64,000 nucleotides of DNA from contig CM060733.1 in NCBI GenBank assembly GCA_030704615.1, forward strand, positions 49,662,001 to 49,726,000, read 5' to 3'. Both the position numbers and the translations under genes were made by a program. Positions 18,226 through 30,761 of the stretch are shown here, in pieces; positions within the stretch are counted from its first letter, which is position 1; each line of letters begins with the position of its first letter. The DNA comes from Takakia lepidozioides. Its lineage: Eukaryota; Plantae; Bryophyta. The notes beneath the pieces were generated by a model. The model made no database searches. It worked only from the letters and a program-made list of their open reading frames with translations, and had not been told where the DNA came from.

Positions 18226-21200
18226 ATGGCTGGGTTGATCTTGGGGCCACCTCTGAACCCAAGCGCGGGGTTCAATTGGGCCCCCCTCGAATTAGACTTG
18301 CAAGCTCAACATGTGAGGGCAGCTTGCAGGACAGGGGATTCAGTGGTGAGGAGGAAAGGTGCAGGTGGAAAATTGAAGAGCTCAAATTCCACAATTGTAC
18401 TAGATGGAAGGTTTCGAGGTTTTGGATGTCATTTGTTGGAATGCCTGGGACCGCATGGCAAGGGGGTGGTCCGTAGTGCTGCTGTTTTCTCGAAAGGGGA
18501 TTTAAGTCTCAAGGAGGAGCGGAGTGCAGCATCTGAGGCTTTGGTTCTCCTGGAATGGCCACGCTTGTGTGAGGCAGTGGCGGGTTTTTCTGCCACCGCT
18601 CTAGGCAAGCAACTCCTTCAGGTATGCCCTGAATAAGTACAGCGTGTGCATTTGAGCAAGCAGACCGCTGAATCTCCTTTTGACGTGTTTGTGCGGTGAT
18701 GGTGACTCTGTAGTCAGTATAAGTCAGCGGGGTAATGGTTACTGGCAAGCGCGAGGAGGAACTCCCATTACTGGACCTTCAATTGGGCAATGTTTTAGCC
18801 TGATCTTTTCACATGCACACAGGGTAGAGAGAGAGACCTTTCACCTGGAAATAGTGGAGTAGAAGCTCCACTGTGACTGGAAACATCACCGAGTCGATAA
18901 CGCATGCCATGTGAAATTATCGACATCATGTCGCTCACTGCCCTGCACTTGTAAGGCACTGCCTAAGTGACTACGGAAGCAAAGGTGTTTATGAGTAAAA
19001 TTTCAAGGGCTCAAAGCACTGTGTAAGCTGTTGGTGATAGGCTTGGGAAATTAAACTATGTGGGTTTTGTAAGGCAGTAGTTTTCTGGCATCCAACACAG
19101 TAGACTTTGATGGCAGGCATCAGCCTCTTCTACAAGGAAGCTGACAAGTTTAAGGCACAACTCCAATTCTGCTGAGCAAGTGCCTGAGTGAAATCTTAGT
19201 AGTGCAGCTCAATCAGTTGTGGGAATTATTCTGTTACAAATACTTTACGTCCTCTTGAAGCCCATTGTTAAGTTCAAGATTAGATTCTCATTCATCTTTC
19301 AGTTTCTCAGGTCACTTCAAAAGTTCAGAAACGTAGACTATACCAATTTGAACTGGGATATCATGGTTGAAGGTTGTCATGGACAACCCACGTTTACGTT
19401 TATCTCATCAAGTTTTCATGAAGATGTGATTAGCTGCACCCACCATAGCATGAATGGTGATTCCATGAGACTGATAGATTGTCATTATACCTGTCTGTGG
19501 GCCAGGTACCCGAGATACCTGCAACTAGGGAGGCGAGTGAAACTCTGATTGAAGAGACCAGTGCTGGCATTGAGATGATATCCTTACTTGGAGCCTTTGA
19601 ATTTGGATCCCTGAAGACCCCCGTGGTAGTCCGTCACATCTGTCATATATATGCACAGTGCCTTGTTGTCTTCTAAGAGATTCTTGATAGCCCATTCTTC
19701 TCTCAACAAAAGGGAAAAGTCTGTGTGTAGGTGGAAGTGACGATGTAATCCTGTCCACAGTGCGTATCTTCTTCCCCTGTCACCTCTCTGCCATCAAGGT
19801 TTCTGTAATTTTGGTTTATAAGAGCAACTATTTGAAAGCCTTTTTCCAGAGATTGGTTTCAACATTCTCAAGTATGTTGCAGGCAAGAGTACCAGAGGTT
19901 GACTTTTCCTGCTGTAGCAACTAACTGACTCAAATACCTGTCTTTGTGTCTGTGTATGCTGCAGGTGGAGGCCTGTGTGCAGCGTGCATGCAAGAGTGTG
20001 GTTGTGACAGGGGAACAAGCGCTTGCGGTTGCATTGCTGCTGCAAGTTGGGCACTCGGTGCGTCGGGCTATAACTGCAACTGTACAGGAGCACCGCGAGA
20101 GGCAGATTGTTCTGCAGCCTTTGCTGGACCTGGTGGGTGGAGCATGATGACTTCAAAGCCAAAGACCTCTAGAAATGTAGACATATGTGGCCAGCTGCTA
20201 CTCATTGCCCCCTAATATTTGTCGCAAAGTAATTTGTGCATTCAAGCACGTGCAAAAGCCTCGCAATCAAGGTGGTTCAGCTATCTTGTGAAGTGTCCAC
20301 TTCTTGGTGGTGAACAACTCTGTACAGATTGCTAGAACTAATGATTTTGATCCAGTCTTGTTTAACTTGGTAGTGCCCAGCTATAAAAAAGGTGGGTCCC
20401 GGGTCAACCGGTTCTTAATGTGTGGGGGGTACCTGGGGTCTTTCAAGTTATTGGGGGAGGTTTTGGGCAACTGTGTTGCCCCAGTTACAGCTGTTAGAAG
20501 GTGTCCACCTTCCCTTCGGAAGGCACCAGTCCTTTGGGGTGAAGAGACACCATCATTTAGGCTCGCTTCGGCAGGTGTCAACCTTTTTTTAACTTGGAGT
20601 ATCCAATCTTTTTGGCGGCTTTCCAGCTAATGCTGCCAGTTTCAGCATTGGAGAGACTAAAACATGCTGACTTGTGGCTTGCCAGGTCAGTCCAATGGTG
20701 ACACATCCAGACCTTGTTAAAGCAATATGGACAGTTGTCGATGAGGACGGCTCTGTGAAGGACACTGCGGTAAGTAGTATCAGTTGTGTATAACTCCCCC
20801 TCTGATTTGATTGACTTTATATCAAGCTCTCTCTCTCCTTGGATGTGTGTGTTTGTTTTCGCATGGTGAACTACAGGGTTTTCAGAAATCTCGAAGAGCA
20901 TGAACCCCTCTGAGAAGGTCAAGCGGGACTACTCTCTAGTTACATTAGTTCTTATTCTTGGGTTCTGGTTTTGTTTCCTCTCTCATGTTTTTTTTCTTCC
21001 ATTCTGTCCCATAAGCTCTATGAGCTTTCCGCGGACGTTATAAAGCACCGTTTCATTTCATTTCATTTCTCTTACCGTGAGCCACATCATCCCAAGGAGG
21101 GTAAAGCAGGAGATACCTTCTGTCTTCCTCGTAGATGCTGAAAATGCCTCGTACACAAGTGGGAGTGATGGACTTGCCCTGGTCTTCCAACACTAAAAAT

Positions 21201-24200
21201 AACTATTGTCAGCTTCTTTTGGAATGGCCAGTAGTGTGATCAGACTTAGAAGTGCCCACATCATTTAGAGTTGGGGTAATATGTCTCAAGGTTTGTATGG
21301 TTTGGGAGCAAGATAGTCCTGTGAAACAGACCAAAGTCTTGATGAGAAAGAAAAGAAAGAATGCAAGAGATTTTAATTGTCCAAGGGGGAACCCGAGGAC
21401 CTATGAGGCAGTCGAACAACACTCTGGACTACTGAAGGCCAGATGGTTAGTATAAGGCTGAGTAGTAATGCGGCTTGCTATTAGGCAAGCTGAGCTCAAC
21501 ACAAGTCTGCTCTTATTCTCTTAGCCTGTGAAAGCAAGGGGGTTTCAGTGAGTTAAGACCCACTTCACTTTGGGCACTAGACCTGAGTTCTCCTCAAGAG
21601 TTGGCTCTGGATTTGTGGATAAGTCTGTGTCTATGTGTTCTGAAGTAGAACTAGTGGCTTCACTATCTCTACTCATCTTGTCTGACTGGTCCCTAGACCG
21701 TTTGGGAAGAGGACTGTCTACTGTAGGGTCTGAAAACCGCTAGCTTGGAGACAAAGCCTAATTGACCCTGCAAACAATCAGAACTTGTTCTAGGCTCCCT
21801 TCAACCTTTGATCCCCTTTGTTCTTACTCTATGCTATGGACTGCAAGCCACCTGCAATAGTAAGCAACACTTAATGGACCCTTTAGTATGAAGCTGAACC
21901 TTCAAGGTTCCTCTCCTCTCTGAGCTCAGTCTCTCTTTGCTAAGACCTCTCTAAGACCAGGACACAGGAACATAGAATGAAGACAAGTGAACACTTCATT
22001 ATGTTTCTAAATTGTCACACAAACACATATATCACCGAGAAGGCATCTCTCGGTGGTATGTCAGTATGTCGGTTCAGCCTGTCGGTTCAAGGCCTCAGGC
22101 TGAACTTCAGTGATCTGTCAGTGGACTTCACTTAACTCAGTGATTTGTCCACTTGACTGGGTGATCTGTCACTGAACTCTTGGTTCAATGATGTATTGTT
22201 AGCCTATCAAATAGTCTAAGGACTAAGTCAAAAACCTTCCTTGTTTTACTGCTAACAAAACTCCTAACCAGCCTTGTTAATTGCTAACTAATTCTACTAA
22301 CCACGTCTGAGCTGAATTACTCTATTCAACACTATGGACATTAAGCCAATTATGAAGGCACGATGTGAAGTATAGCATTGACGACTTGATGCCATACAGG
22401 GGGTATCGTACCAAGTCAGGGGTCTTTGTCATTTGGATCAGGCAGACTCTACTTAGCCCCTCTTTCCTTGCATTCAGTGAAACTCAATATTTGCCTCTTG
22501 AATAATTCTTGGAAGTATCTTGAAATAACTATTGAAATCCTCCTAGTTCAGTTTATGTGCGAGATCGTTCCGTATTGTTTCTTACCTCTGCCGGATTCTC
22601 TCCAGAGCGCAGAGCTAAGAAGGGCTCGGGTACAAGAGCACACACTGGAGCTACGGGTAAGCATCTTTCTATTTATCATGTGTTCGCATGTGAGACATCT
22701 TTGTCAAACTTGGTTACATGGGGGCATGGATTTTACCAGAGCCCAGGATAGAATGTATTCATAAGACATTGTTTACGGTAGCCTTGTGGCCCATTCTCAG
22801 GATAGAGTGAGACTCATTACAATACAGTTCCTAAATGCAGCATCATTGATGCCATGTACTTCGGGGGGCATTCTTCCCTTTGTGGGTAGCATCAAGAAGC
22901 TGCCTGAGTTGGGCCCTGCCTGGGAACTTCTCTGACATAGTGCCTGCTGCCCAAGGACATAGAAATTTCTGCCCTCTTTTAGCTACCCACCCATTCTGAA
23001 AGCTGGAGGTATTTGCAGTCAGCACATGAACTACAGATAGGATGGTTTGTAACCTAGCCAGCCCTGCTGTGGAGAGCACTCAGATTGCTCCGGAGTAGCT
23101 GTGGGAGAGTCCCAGTAGCGAAGAGCTAGTGCATCAAGCATCTGCAGGTCGCACACTGGGTGAAACAAGAAGGTATCAGGGAGTCATTGAGCCATAGACC
23201 ATTCAAGAGTTTCTAATAATCTGTCTCAAAGGAAAAGGATGAGCGTTTGCAATGGGTGCTCTCTCTCACTGTTCTACTTGTATGGCATTCAGCTACAGGA
23301 GCTTTTGAGCAAGTTAGGGCGGGAAAAAGCAGGCCCAAATAGCCAAGTTCAGGTACCTTCATGTTTTGCCTTAACTTTAGTTGGTTACCATATAGAAAGT
23401 GCTGGGTAGTGAGGCCAAGAGAAAGACTAGGTTTTCATATGAGACTAACACACCTTGCCTTCTTGCCGTTACTTTGACAGGAAGTAGTGAATGTTGATGG
23501 AAGACTGTGTCTGTTGGTAGCTGCTGACAACCGCAACTCTGTCCCTGGACTTCTTCTCCGGAGGTAGAATTTCTGGCTCCCCACTTACCCCCTTCCCCTG
23601 AGTTCAAGCTATGAAGTTGCAAACTCACTAGCACACGTCTGTTGACAGTTGCTGATAAGAAGTGGACGTGCATTGGCCAAAGCAGTGGTAGTGGAGCAAC
23701 CGCATACATTGAACCATCTGCAGCTGTTCCACTGAATAATAAGCTTGCTGAGGCCCGAGCTGATGTGCTCAGAGCTGAACACAGTGTGCTCTCTAATCTC
23801 ACCGACAAGGTTTGTCTCGGTTGCTTGGACCCATGCTCCTGTAGTGCTTTCTGCCACATAGGTGGCTTGCATACACCGTCCAGGGGGATCACTGCATGTC
23901 TTCACTGGCCCAGGGATGATGACCCTTGGCTACCCTGGTGGAAGGGCAGGGTTGAAGAAGCAAACCTAGGGGAAATCTTGGAGTTATTAAGATTAAGTGA
24001 TAGACTCGACTGAATAGGCTGCTGCTCTAGCTAAACAACTAAAGCAACGACAATTTGCTGTCCTTTTTAAGATGACACGCATTTATGTGTACATCTGTGC
24101 AGCTGAGGCCATGTTTGGACGACATACAGTTTGTCCTCAATGTCATCGTCCGCCTGGATGTGGTATGTTCATCCCAGAACATTTTGCTTGTCCCTATTTT

Positions 24201-27200
24201 ATCTCTTTCCTTTATCTTTGAATTTGGTATCTGTTTGTTACTCTACCCTCATTGTGATCCTCCACCAGGTCAGCATCACAAACAGGAAAGGAACAGGCAG
24301 GCAGGCATTCTTTCTTCCTTTCTTTCTTACCTCACAGGGAAATTTTCTAGAGCCCTTTTCATGCTCCCCTGCTTGCCAGGGGAAGCGACTTTATTTACAC
24401 TGGCTTCAGCCGGAGTCTTTTCTCTCCTCTCTGTTCCATGCTTTAACAAAGTTCGGCATAAAACCTCCCTGAACTTGTTTGTGACATAGGTGAGGACCTT
24501 AAGGATGATCTGAAGGACCCATCTACCCTTGGCACTAAGGGAAAGGGAGGTTGTCAGTGCCTGATGTGTGGGCGGCCTGAAGACAATATTCATTTTCTGA
24601 TACAATGTCTGGGTTGATTTATCAGAGCAATCCTCTTCAGGACCATCAAGCACATAGTCCCTGTACCTATATTTACCAACTTCAAAAATCTCAAGGCTAT
24701 TTGGAAAGCCAGCACTAAATGTTTATATCAAGTCCCACTACTGGAGAAGCTAGTGTTTGTGCCCTCTTGTTCCACCCAAACTGGGTCCATGGCACAAGGC
24801 TATGGCAAGCATTGTCTTATGAGTACATTCTGTTTCATGTTTTCTTTTGTCCCATAAGCTCTTGGAGTTCTACTCACGTTATGAAGTATTATTTTCCTCT
24901 TTCTCTCCTGATATGGTCATTTCTTCGTTCATCCCTGTCCATGGGCCCTCATGGCCCCCTGTGGACATTATGAAGGTACTTTCTATCTTTCTCTCTTTCT
25001 GAAGTAACATTTAAGTACCTCATCATTACATTTCATTTCTTTCTTTCTTTTCTTCCAGTCTTTGGCAGAAACCTTCGGCTTAAGGGACCCAATCTGACTG
25101 GCTACTTGCCTGCATCTTTGTCCAACATTTGGTGTATTTTGATGCTGGGTATACTTTGTCCCATGGGCCCTCTGTAGACATTATTAATTTTCTGGTTTTC
25201 TTTGTTGCTTTCTCTGTGGACGTAATAGAACTTGTCTTTTTCTTCTCTCAAAATTTCTTTGGGGTTTTGCAAGGTGATTGCGCGTGCTAAGTACAGCACC
25301 TGGATAGGAGCAACAAAGCCAACCTTTATCAATGGTGACATGTTGACAAATCCGTCTCAGCAGCGAGCAGAACACAACCAGATGCCGGCGGACTCCCATG
25401 GTATGCGGGGTGCTTCAGATAAAAGGGTGACGCTGCAACTGCGGAGACTTCGACATCCATTGCTTGTACAACAACATCGTGAGGCACTCCGAGAGGCCAA
25501 GGCCAAACTCAAGACAAAAGCCAGGGTATGCTTCATACATGACCAATCTGCAAGTTAATCAGGGATAGCAGAGCGTCTTGCCAGTGCTTTTGGATGTCTA
25601 TTACAGTAGTCGGTCAACATGACCATTCCCCTTAATGGAAAAGTGGACAGAATTTAAGAGACATGGATACCTGAGAGTTATAAATTCTTAATATTCTGTG
25701 TCCCAGATGTTGGGCAGGCTGAAAGCGAGGGCAGGCGTCACAATGGCTGCATTGGGAGATATGGAAGTTGCAGCTACAGAAGCAGAAGCTGAGGTATGCT
25801 ACATGATGCTCTCTACATGGATTTGTATTTAGCTTGCCCTGATCCAATTTTCAGTGATGTCTGGTTACATTGGACTGAATACTTGAATTAACTTGGATTG
25901 TAATCCAGAGCCTTGCCTGTCCACATGTGTGTGAAGACTGTTTACACAAATCCTCACTCAAAAGTCTAGTAAGTTATAAAGTAATGGAGGAATAAGTGCT
26001 ATCTGAGGTTGGCTACAGGTTGCAGAATTGGAGGCACGGTCCCCTGTGCCAATTGATGTACGGATTAGCTGTGAAACAAAGGTGGTAGCAATCACTGGCC
26101 CCAATACGGGAGGAAAAACAGCAGCCATCAAGACTGTGGGATTGGCTGCCCTAATGGCAAAATCTGGTAGTTTTTCCCTCCTCTTCTTCCAGTTGTGTTT
26201 GTTGATTTGCTCCACACCAGAGTGATTGGAGTAGCTCCACTACTGTGGTTTGCCTTATGGTCTCTGAGAGTATTCAAGCAGTCCTAGTTTCCTGGTCAGT
26301 TGGAGGAGATAGCTTCATCAACCACTGTAACATGGGAGGGGTGGGGGTGTAACAGGACTGTATGTTTTGGCTGCGGAGCCAGTGTTGCTGCCATGGTTTG
26401 ATTTGGTGCTGGCAGACATAGGTGATGAGCAGTCTTTGAGTCAATCTCTCTCAACTTTCTCTGGCCACCTGCAGCGTATTAAGGCAAGTTTCTTCACTAG
26501 TTCTTCAAGTGAACTGTCCCTCTTGTTCTGCCCAAACTGGGCACGGGGTCTATGGCCATAAGGCTACGGCAAACAACATCTAATGAGTACATTCTGTAAT
26601 GGAACTGCTGATAAGATGCTATCAACTTCCTGAAACTGTCAGAGTCTTGAGCTGGCTTGTGATTGTGAATCTGTTTCAGTTGACTTAGTACATTGGTAGT
26701 CAGCTCCTTCACAAAGCAGGTGACATTACCAATTGCCATGAGCTTGGTAGCTTAGCTGTAGGACCCAAACAGCTGTCTATGGAAATCTGGCTGGTGTAAG
26801 GACCACAACTGCCTAGTCTAGCAGTCTATTGCATGGACTGCTAATCTTGGATCTCTTTGCTCTGAGTGATCGTGGAGTAAGAAGTTGGCTTTTTCAAAGG
26901 TATGGCCACACCTGTTCCATGTAGCACACACTTCGTCGAGTCTCGCACTCGTTCTAGTCCTAGACAATGTTTTTCATCCTCTTCTGCATTAAATTGAGGA
27001 ACTTCTTCTTTGGTGGTGTGCAGCGCATCAAGGCAGAGTCAACCGCTCTTTCATTGGTACTGTTGGATGAGGTCAGTAAATACATGATGAACCTTTCCAG
27101 CCTAGTTTTTAAGCATCTCTGGCATTGCGTCTCCTGTACATGAACTTCCTGCAGGGCAGTTGGTGTTTCGCCCTTAGTTTCATCATATAGCAGGATAGAA

Positions 27201-29410
27201 CCCCATCTCAAGGTCCTCAATTAATTTGTCAGTATGATTCTTTCGTATTTGTCCAGGTAGGCGCAGGCACTGATCCAACAGAAGGGGCTGCACTGGGGAT
27301 GGCCTTGCTTGAATCCTTCGTGGACAGTGGTGCAGGAGGTTCTTTCTTAACAATGGCCACCACTCATCACGGGGAGCTGAAGACCTTGAAATATAGGTAT
27401 GTTAATAAGGAGGTATCTTTGGTTGGATATGTACAGGCTTAGAGACTTTCCAGAAGCTTGGGAATTTGGATTTCAGCTTTTGAGAGTGCCCTGCTGTTCT
27501 TGTTTTGGCATCACTTTTGAAGTATGATTAACACTCGCAAACCAAATGCCCCTGCAAATTTATTAGCATCTGACAACTGTATTTGGATTGCATGGTATGT
27601 TCGTTGTGCAGTGACTCTAGGTTTGAGAATGCTTCAGTTGAGTTTGATGAGGTCCAGATGCAGCCAACATTTAGGCTTCTTTGGGGTATCCCAGGTGAGT
27701 GTTTCTGTTTAGGGTTATTTGTAAATTCTCTGGGATATCGAAAGATTTGGGAGTGAGGATTTCGTCGAAACAGGATGGTTGTGTACCAGTATGAACAAAT
27801 ATGAGGCCCAAAAATTGGAGGAAACAAAGGCTGGACCTTTCCTGTGCAAATATTGGCAGGGATAGAGTCCCTAAATGATGGTTCCTCACATTGCAACCCT
27901 GGACAATTGCTGCAGAACATACCCCAGAAAAAGTTGCACAGAATTATCCTATGGTTGATGACTATTTTGTTTCAAAACATGCACATACGTTGGTGTTTAG
28001 CAGGAAACATTGATGACTTATTCACGATGTGCAGGAAGATCAAATGCCTTGAACATTGCAGAAAGGTTGGGTTTACCAAGGCAGATTCTTACTACTGCCC
28101 GAAGTCTTCATGGTGTTGCCAGTGCAGAGCTTAATGAGGTGAGATGATGTTCTTATTGTGCCTGTGTCCAAATAGTTTCAATGTTTGTAATCGTCAGTCA
28201 GCCAATGTATAATTTTCAGCTTCTGGAGGTACAAATTGTGGGCATGAGCTGATGTGCAGAATGACTGCACACCTCCTTGCAAACAGATTTTCTTCCAAGT
28301 AGGATCTGCTACAGGAGCTGGTAGACACGTTGTACTGAAAAAACATTTTGGTTAAAAATTAGGACAAGCTGATATTGCTGTCATGTGTTTGCACCCCAAA
28401 ACTTTGGCAAACCCTCTTACGTGCTCTTACACAATCTTGAAGCTTGTGATGATTGTAGGTGATAATGAACTTGGAGGGGGCGAGGCGTGACTATGACCAG
28501 AGCTTAGCAGAGGCAGACACTCTGCTGTTGTGAGCAATGTCACCCTCACTGTTATCTGGCAGTAGTGGACTCAATTTGTGAAATGGAAGGACCTGTGATT
28601 TGGGTTGATGAGCTCCCAGACTAATGTCCCAGTGCTGAAAACAATTATCATCAGTAAACACCATTACCTACCACAAGCATCATGAGAACCTTCATGCTAA
28701 TTGTCACATAGACCTGTACCTGGCTGCTTTACCACGGTGTCAGTACTGGATGGTTGGGAATTCACCCTTTTGTCATTTCATGGATGACAGAGAGGCGAAG
28801 AGGCTCCATACTGAGCTGGCAGGAGCAGTTGCAAGGCTGCAAGAGCATTCCAGTTTGCTACTGTTGGAGAAAGGTGACCACGTGGCTGCAGCTGCTGCTG
28901 CTGCTCGGTCAGAACTCAATGCAGTTGCTCGCAACCTGCGGGGGAGCACCTCCCGTCCAAGTCTTAAAAGTCCTTCCAGAGAAGCTAGTGGGGCTGGGGC
29001 AACCACCTGCCCGCCTGATGATGGCCATGGGACTGAGTTATTACGTGCTGGTGATAGGACACGTGACACTAGGACAGGTGAGGAGAACTGTTGGTATCAC
29101 TCGCCTTGCTGGGCTTCTTTGAGCTTTCACACCCATCCTACAGTTGCCTCTGGTGACAAGTCTTTGAAACAACTTGGTTGCCCAGATCTGCACTTTGATT
29201 TTATTTCATTTAATTGGTGCCAGTTGATTTGTTGCAGATGTCAAAGTTGTGCCAAGCGTTGGTGAGACTGTGTTTGTGCGTAAGTTGGGCCGGCATGTCA
29301 AAGTGATCCGAGTGCAGAGTTCTCGTAATGAGATCACTGTACAGTCAGGATCACTGCAGGTTAAAGTGAAACTGGAAGAAGTTGAGTGGCCTGGGCTTGT
29401 CGAGGTGTAG
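18226..29410 (+). CDS. MutS2: Plastid MutS2-family protein lacking the Smr domain (MutS2B / At5g54090 type)
   Basis: Exons about 18226-18621, 19506-19625, 19965-20132, 20687-20769, 22606-22655, 23293-23352, 23481-23563, 23685-23808, 24103-24162, 25274-25526, 25707-25793, 26019-26166, 26356-26483, 27024-27071, 27257-27396, 27611-27694, 28035-28138, 28459-28529, 28791-29077, 29238-29410. Motifs: [24 protein letters not shown], Walker [53 protein letters not shown]-terminal KOW-like [11 protein letters not shown], then stop. Confidence 0.93.
21005..21069 (+). repeat. Repeat family B 3'-end motif with (TTTCA)n tail
   Basis: TGTCCCATAAGCTCTATGAGCTTTCCGCGGACGTTATAAAGCACCG followed by TTTCA repeats. 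A similar TATAAAGTACC(ATTTC)n tail occurs at about 7580-7620. Confidence 0.65.
22753..22797 (-). mobile_element. 45-bp 3'-terminal fragment of retrotransposon family A
   Basis: ATGTATTCATAAGACATTGTTTACGGTAGCCTTGTGGCC flanked by the 9-bp direct repeat CAGGATAGA at 22744-22752 and 22798-22806. Confidence 0.85.
24445..24830 (+). mobile_element. Older, degenerate 5'-truncated copy of family A
   Basis: Similar to 47175-47650 and ends TTATGAGTACATTC. Retains [19 protein letters not shown]. Degenerate target duplication TCTGTTCCATGCTTT (24430-24444) versus TCTGTTTCATGTTTT (24829-24843). Confidence 0.85.
24848..25190 (+). repeat. Cluster of repeat family B 3'-end motifs (24848-24890, 24936-24998, 25152-25190)
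   Basis: TGTCC-hairpin-GGAC..TTAT motif followed by pyrimidine-rich tails. Confidence 0.55.
26515..26594 (+). mobile_element. About 80-bp 3'-terminal fragment of family A
   Basis: TGTCCCTCTTGTTCTGCCCAAACTGGGCACGGGGTCTATGGCCATAAGGCTACGGCAAACAACATCTAATGAGTACATTC matches 47568-47650. Confidence 0.88.
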
Positions 29411-30761
29411 TACTTGTCCTCACACTTTAGAAATTAAAAGATTGAATTGATGATGGGAGTGGTAATGTGGGTGTTTTCTTTAATCTGAGGGTAACAGTCT
29501 TGACCAAAATGCATCGTTGTCTCTTTTGAGGTAATGCCATATTTGATCGATGTGCGCTTGTTGTCTCTGTCCTAGATAGGAAATGTCGTCCAGGTGTTCA
29601 CGAGTTCTTGTGTCTTCAGCTCAAATCATTGGTAGCTTCAAGCCCTTCAGCACCTTAGAAACCTCATCAACATCTGACACTCTGGAATGCTTCCCAAACT
29701 AACTTGTGAAATCTTCAAAGAGCACATGATGTACTGAAACTAGCTGTAGGGGATGTGTTGGACAAATATGCTACTTGACAGGAGTTATCCCTCATGCTCG
29801 TTGGTCGTTGGCTACACCAGATTCTCTTCCTCAGATGGGCATTGTTATTAAAAGATGCTGGACCATGCGGTTGTGTAGAATCCAGCGAGACGCCACCATT
29901 CACTTTGTTGCATGCCACTCTACTCCTGTACAAAAAGAAAGAAGAGTATTCCTCTCAGAGGAAGCGTAAACTAAATTGTCACTTCATCACAAAGCTGCAA
30001 TTTGTTGGTCATGGGCTGCTGAGCTATTTGACTTTCACCAATTTGCAGCCTTCTTGGCTGTGTCATCGTCACCGAGCAGGAGATGGACGGCAAGGTGAGG
30101 TACATAGCTAGCTACCTGACATGTTTGTGGGACTACAATCTCCTTTTCGAAGCTCCTGGTAGCGCTGGCCGGCAGCATCGCAGAACGTGGGCGGCGTATA
30201 ATGCTGCCTAGCTTCCCACTTGTAGATAGGGCATGTGAGGAGGCAACGAACTCCTGTTACTTCTTCGCAGGCAGGCACGTATTCTATTCACTCGGCAAGC
30301 AGATCTCTGTGTCCTAGAATCTAAGTCAGGTGGTTAGCGTCCAGTCTGAGCTCTTGACCAGTCTTTGCGAGTGGGCCCACCACACCGCAGACAAAATGTG
30401 TGACGTTCCAAGTGATGCAACACTGCAGGACAGCGAGACTCTTGTCTCTGCCAGAAGGAACGGTTGCAGAAGAAAGAGAAGAAAACTCGTCAGAACAAGG
30501 CGGTCTATGGAAGAAAGGCCAGACAGTTGGGTTAAAAGCGTTTATTCTGTGTTTGCCTACCCTTCTCTCTCCCCCAGTCATCCCCGCCCTCACCCCTTTC
30601 CCCTCTCTTCTCTCTCCCTAACGAATTAGTGGGCCAAGGTGAGGAAAAGGTCGGGTTTGTCTTATCGTGTGTGTGTCTATCTAGCTACAAAACTTTCGAA
30701 GTCTGTGCATTGGTCCCCTCAATGCCGCAGGGTCGTGGGCCGGATGGGCTGAGGCCTGTCC

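Noticed and set aside
29580-30630. Short ORFs between MutS2 and the receptor kinase
   Set aside because: No recognisable homology. Consistent with UTR and promoter sequence.
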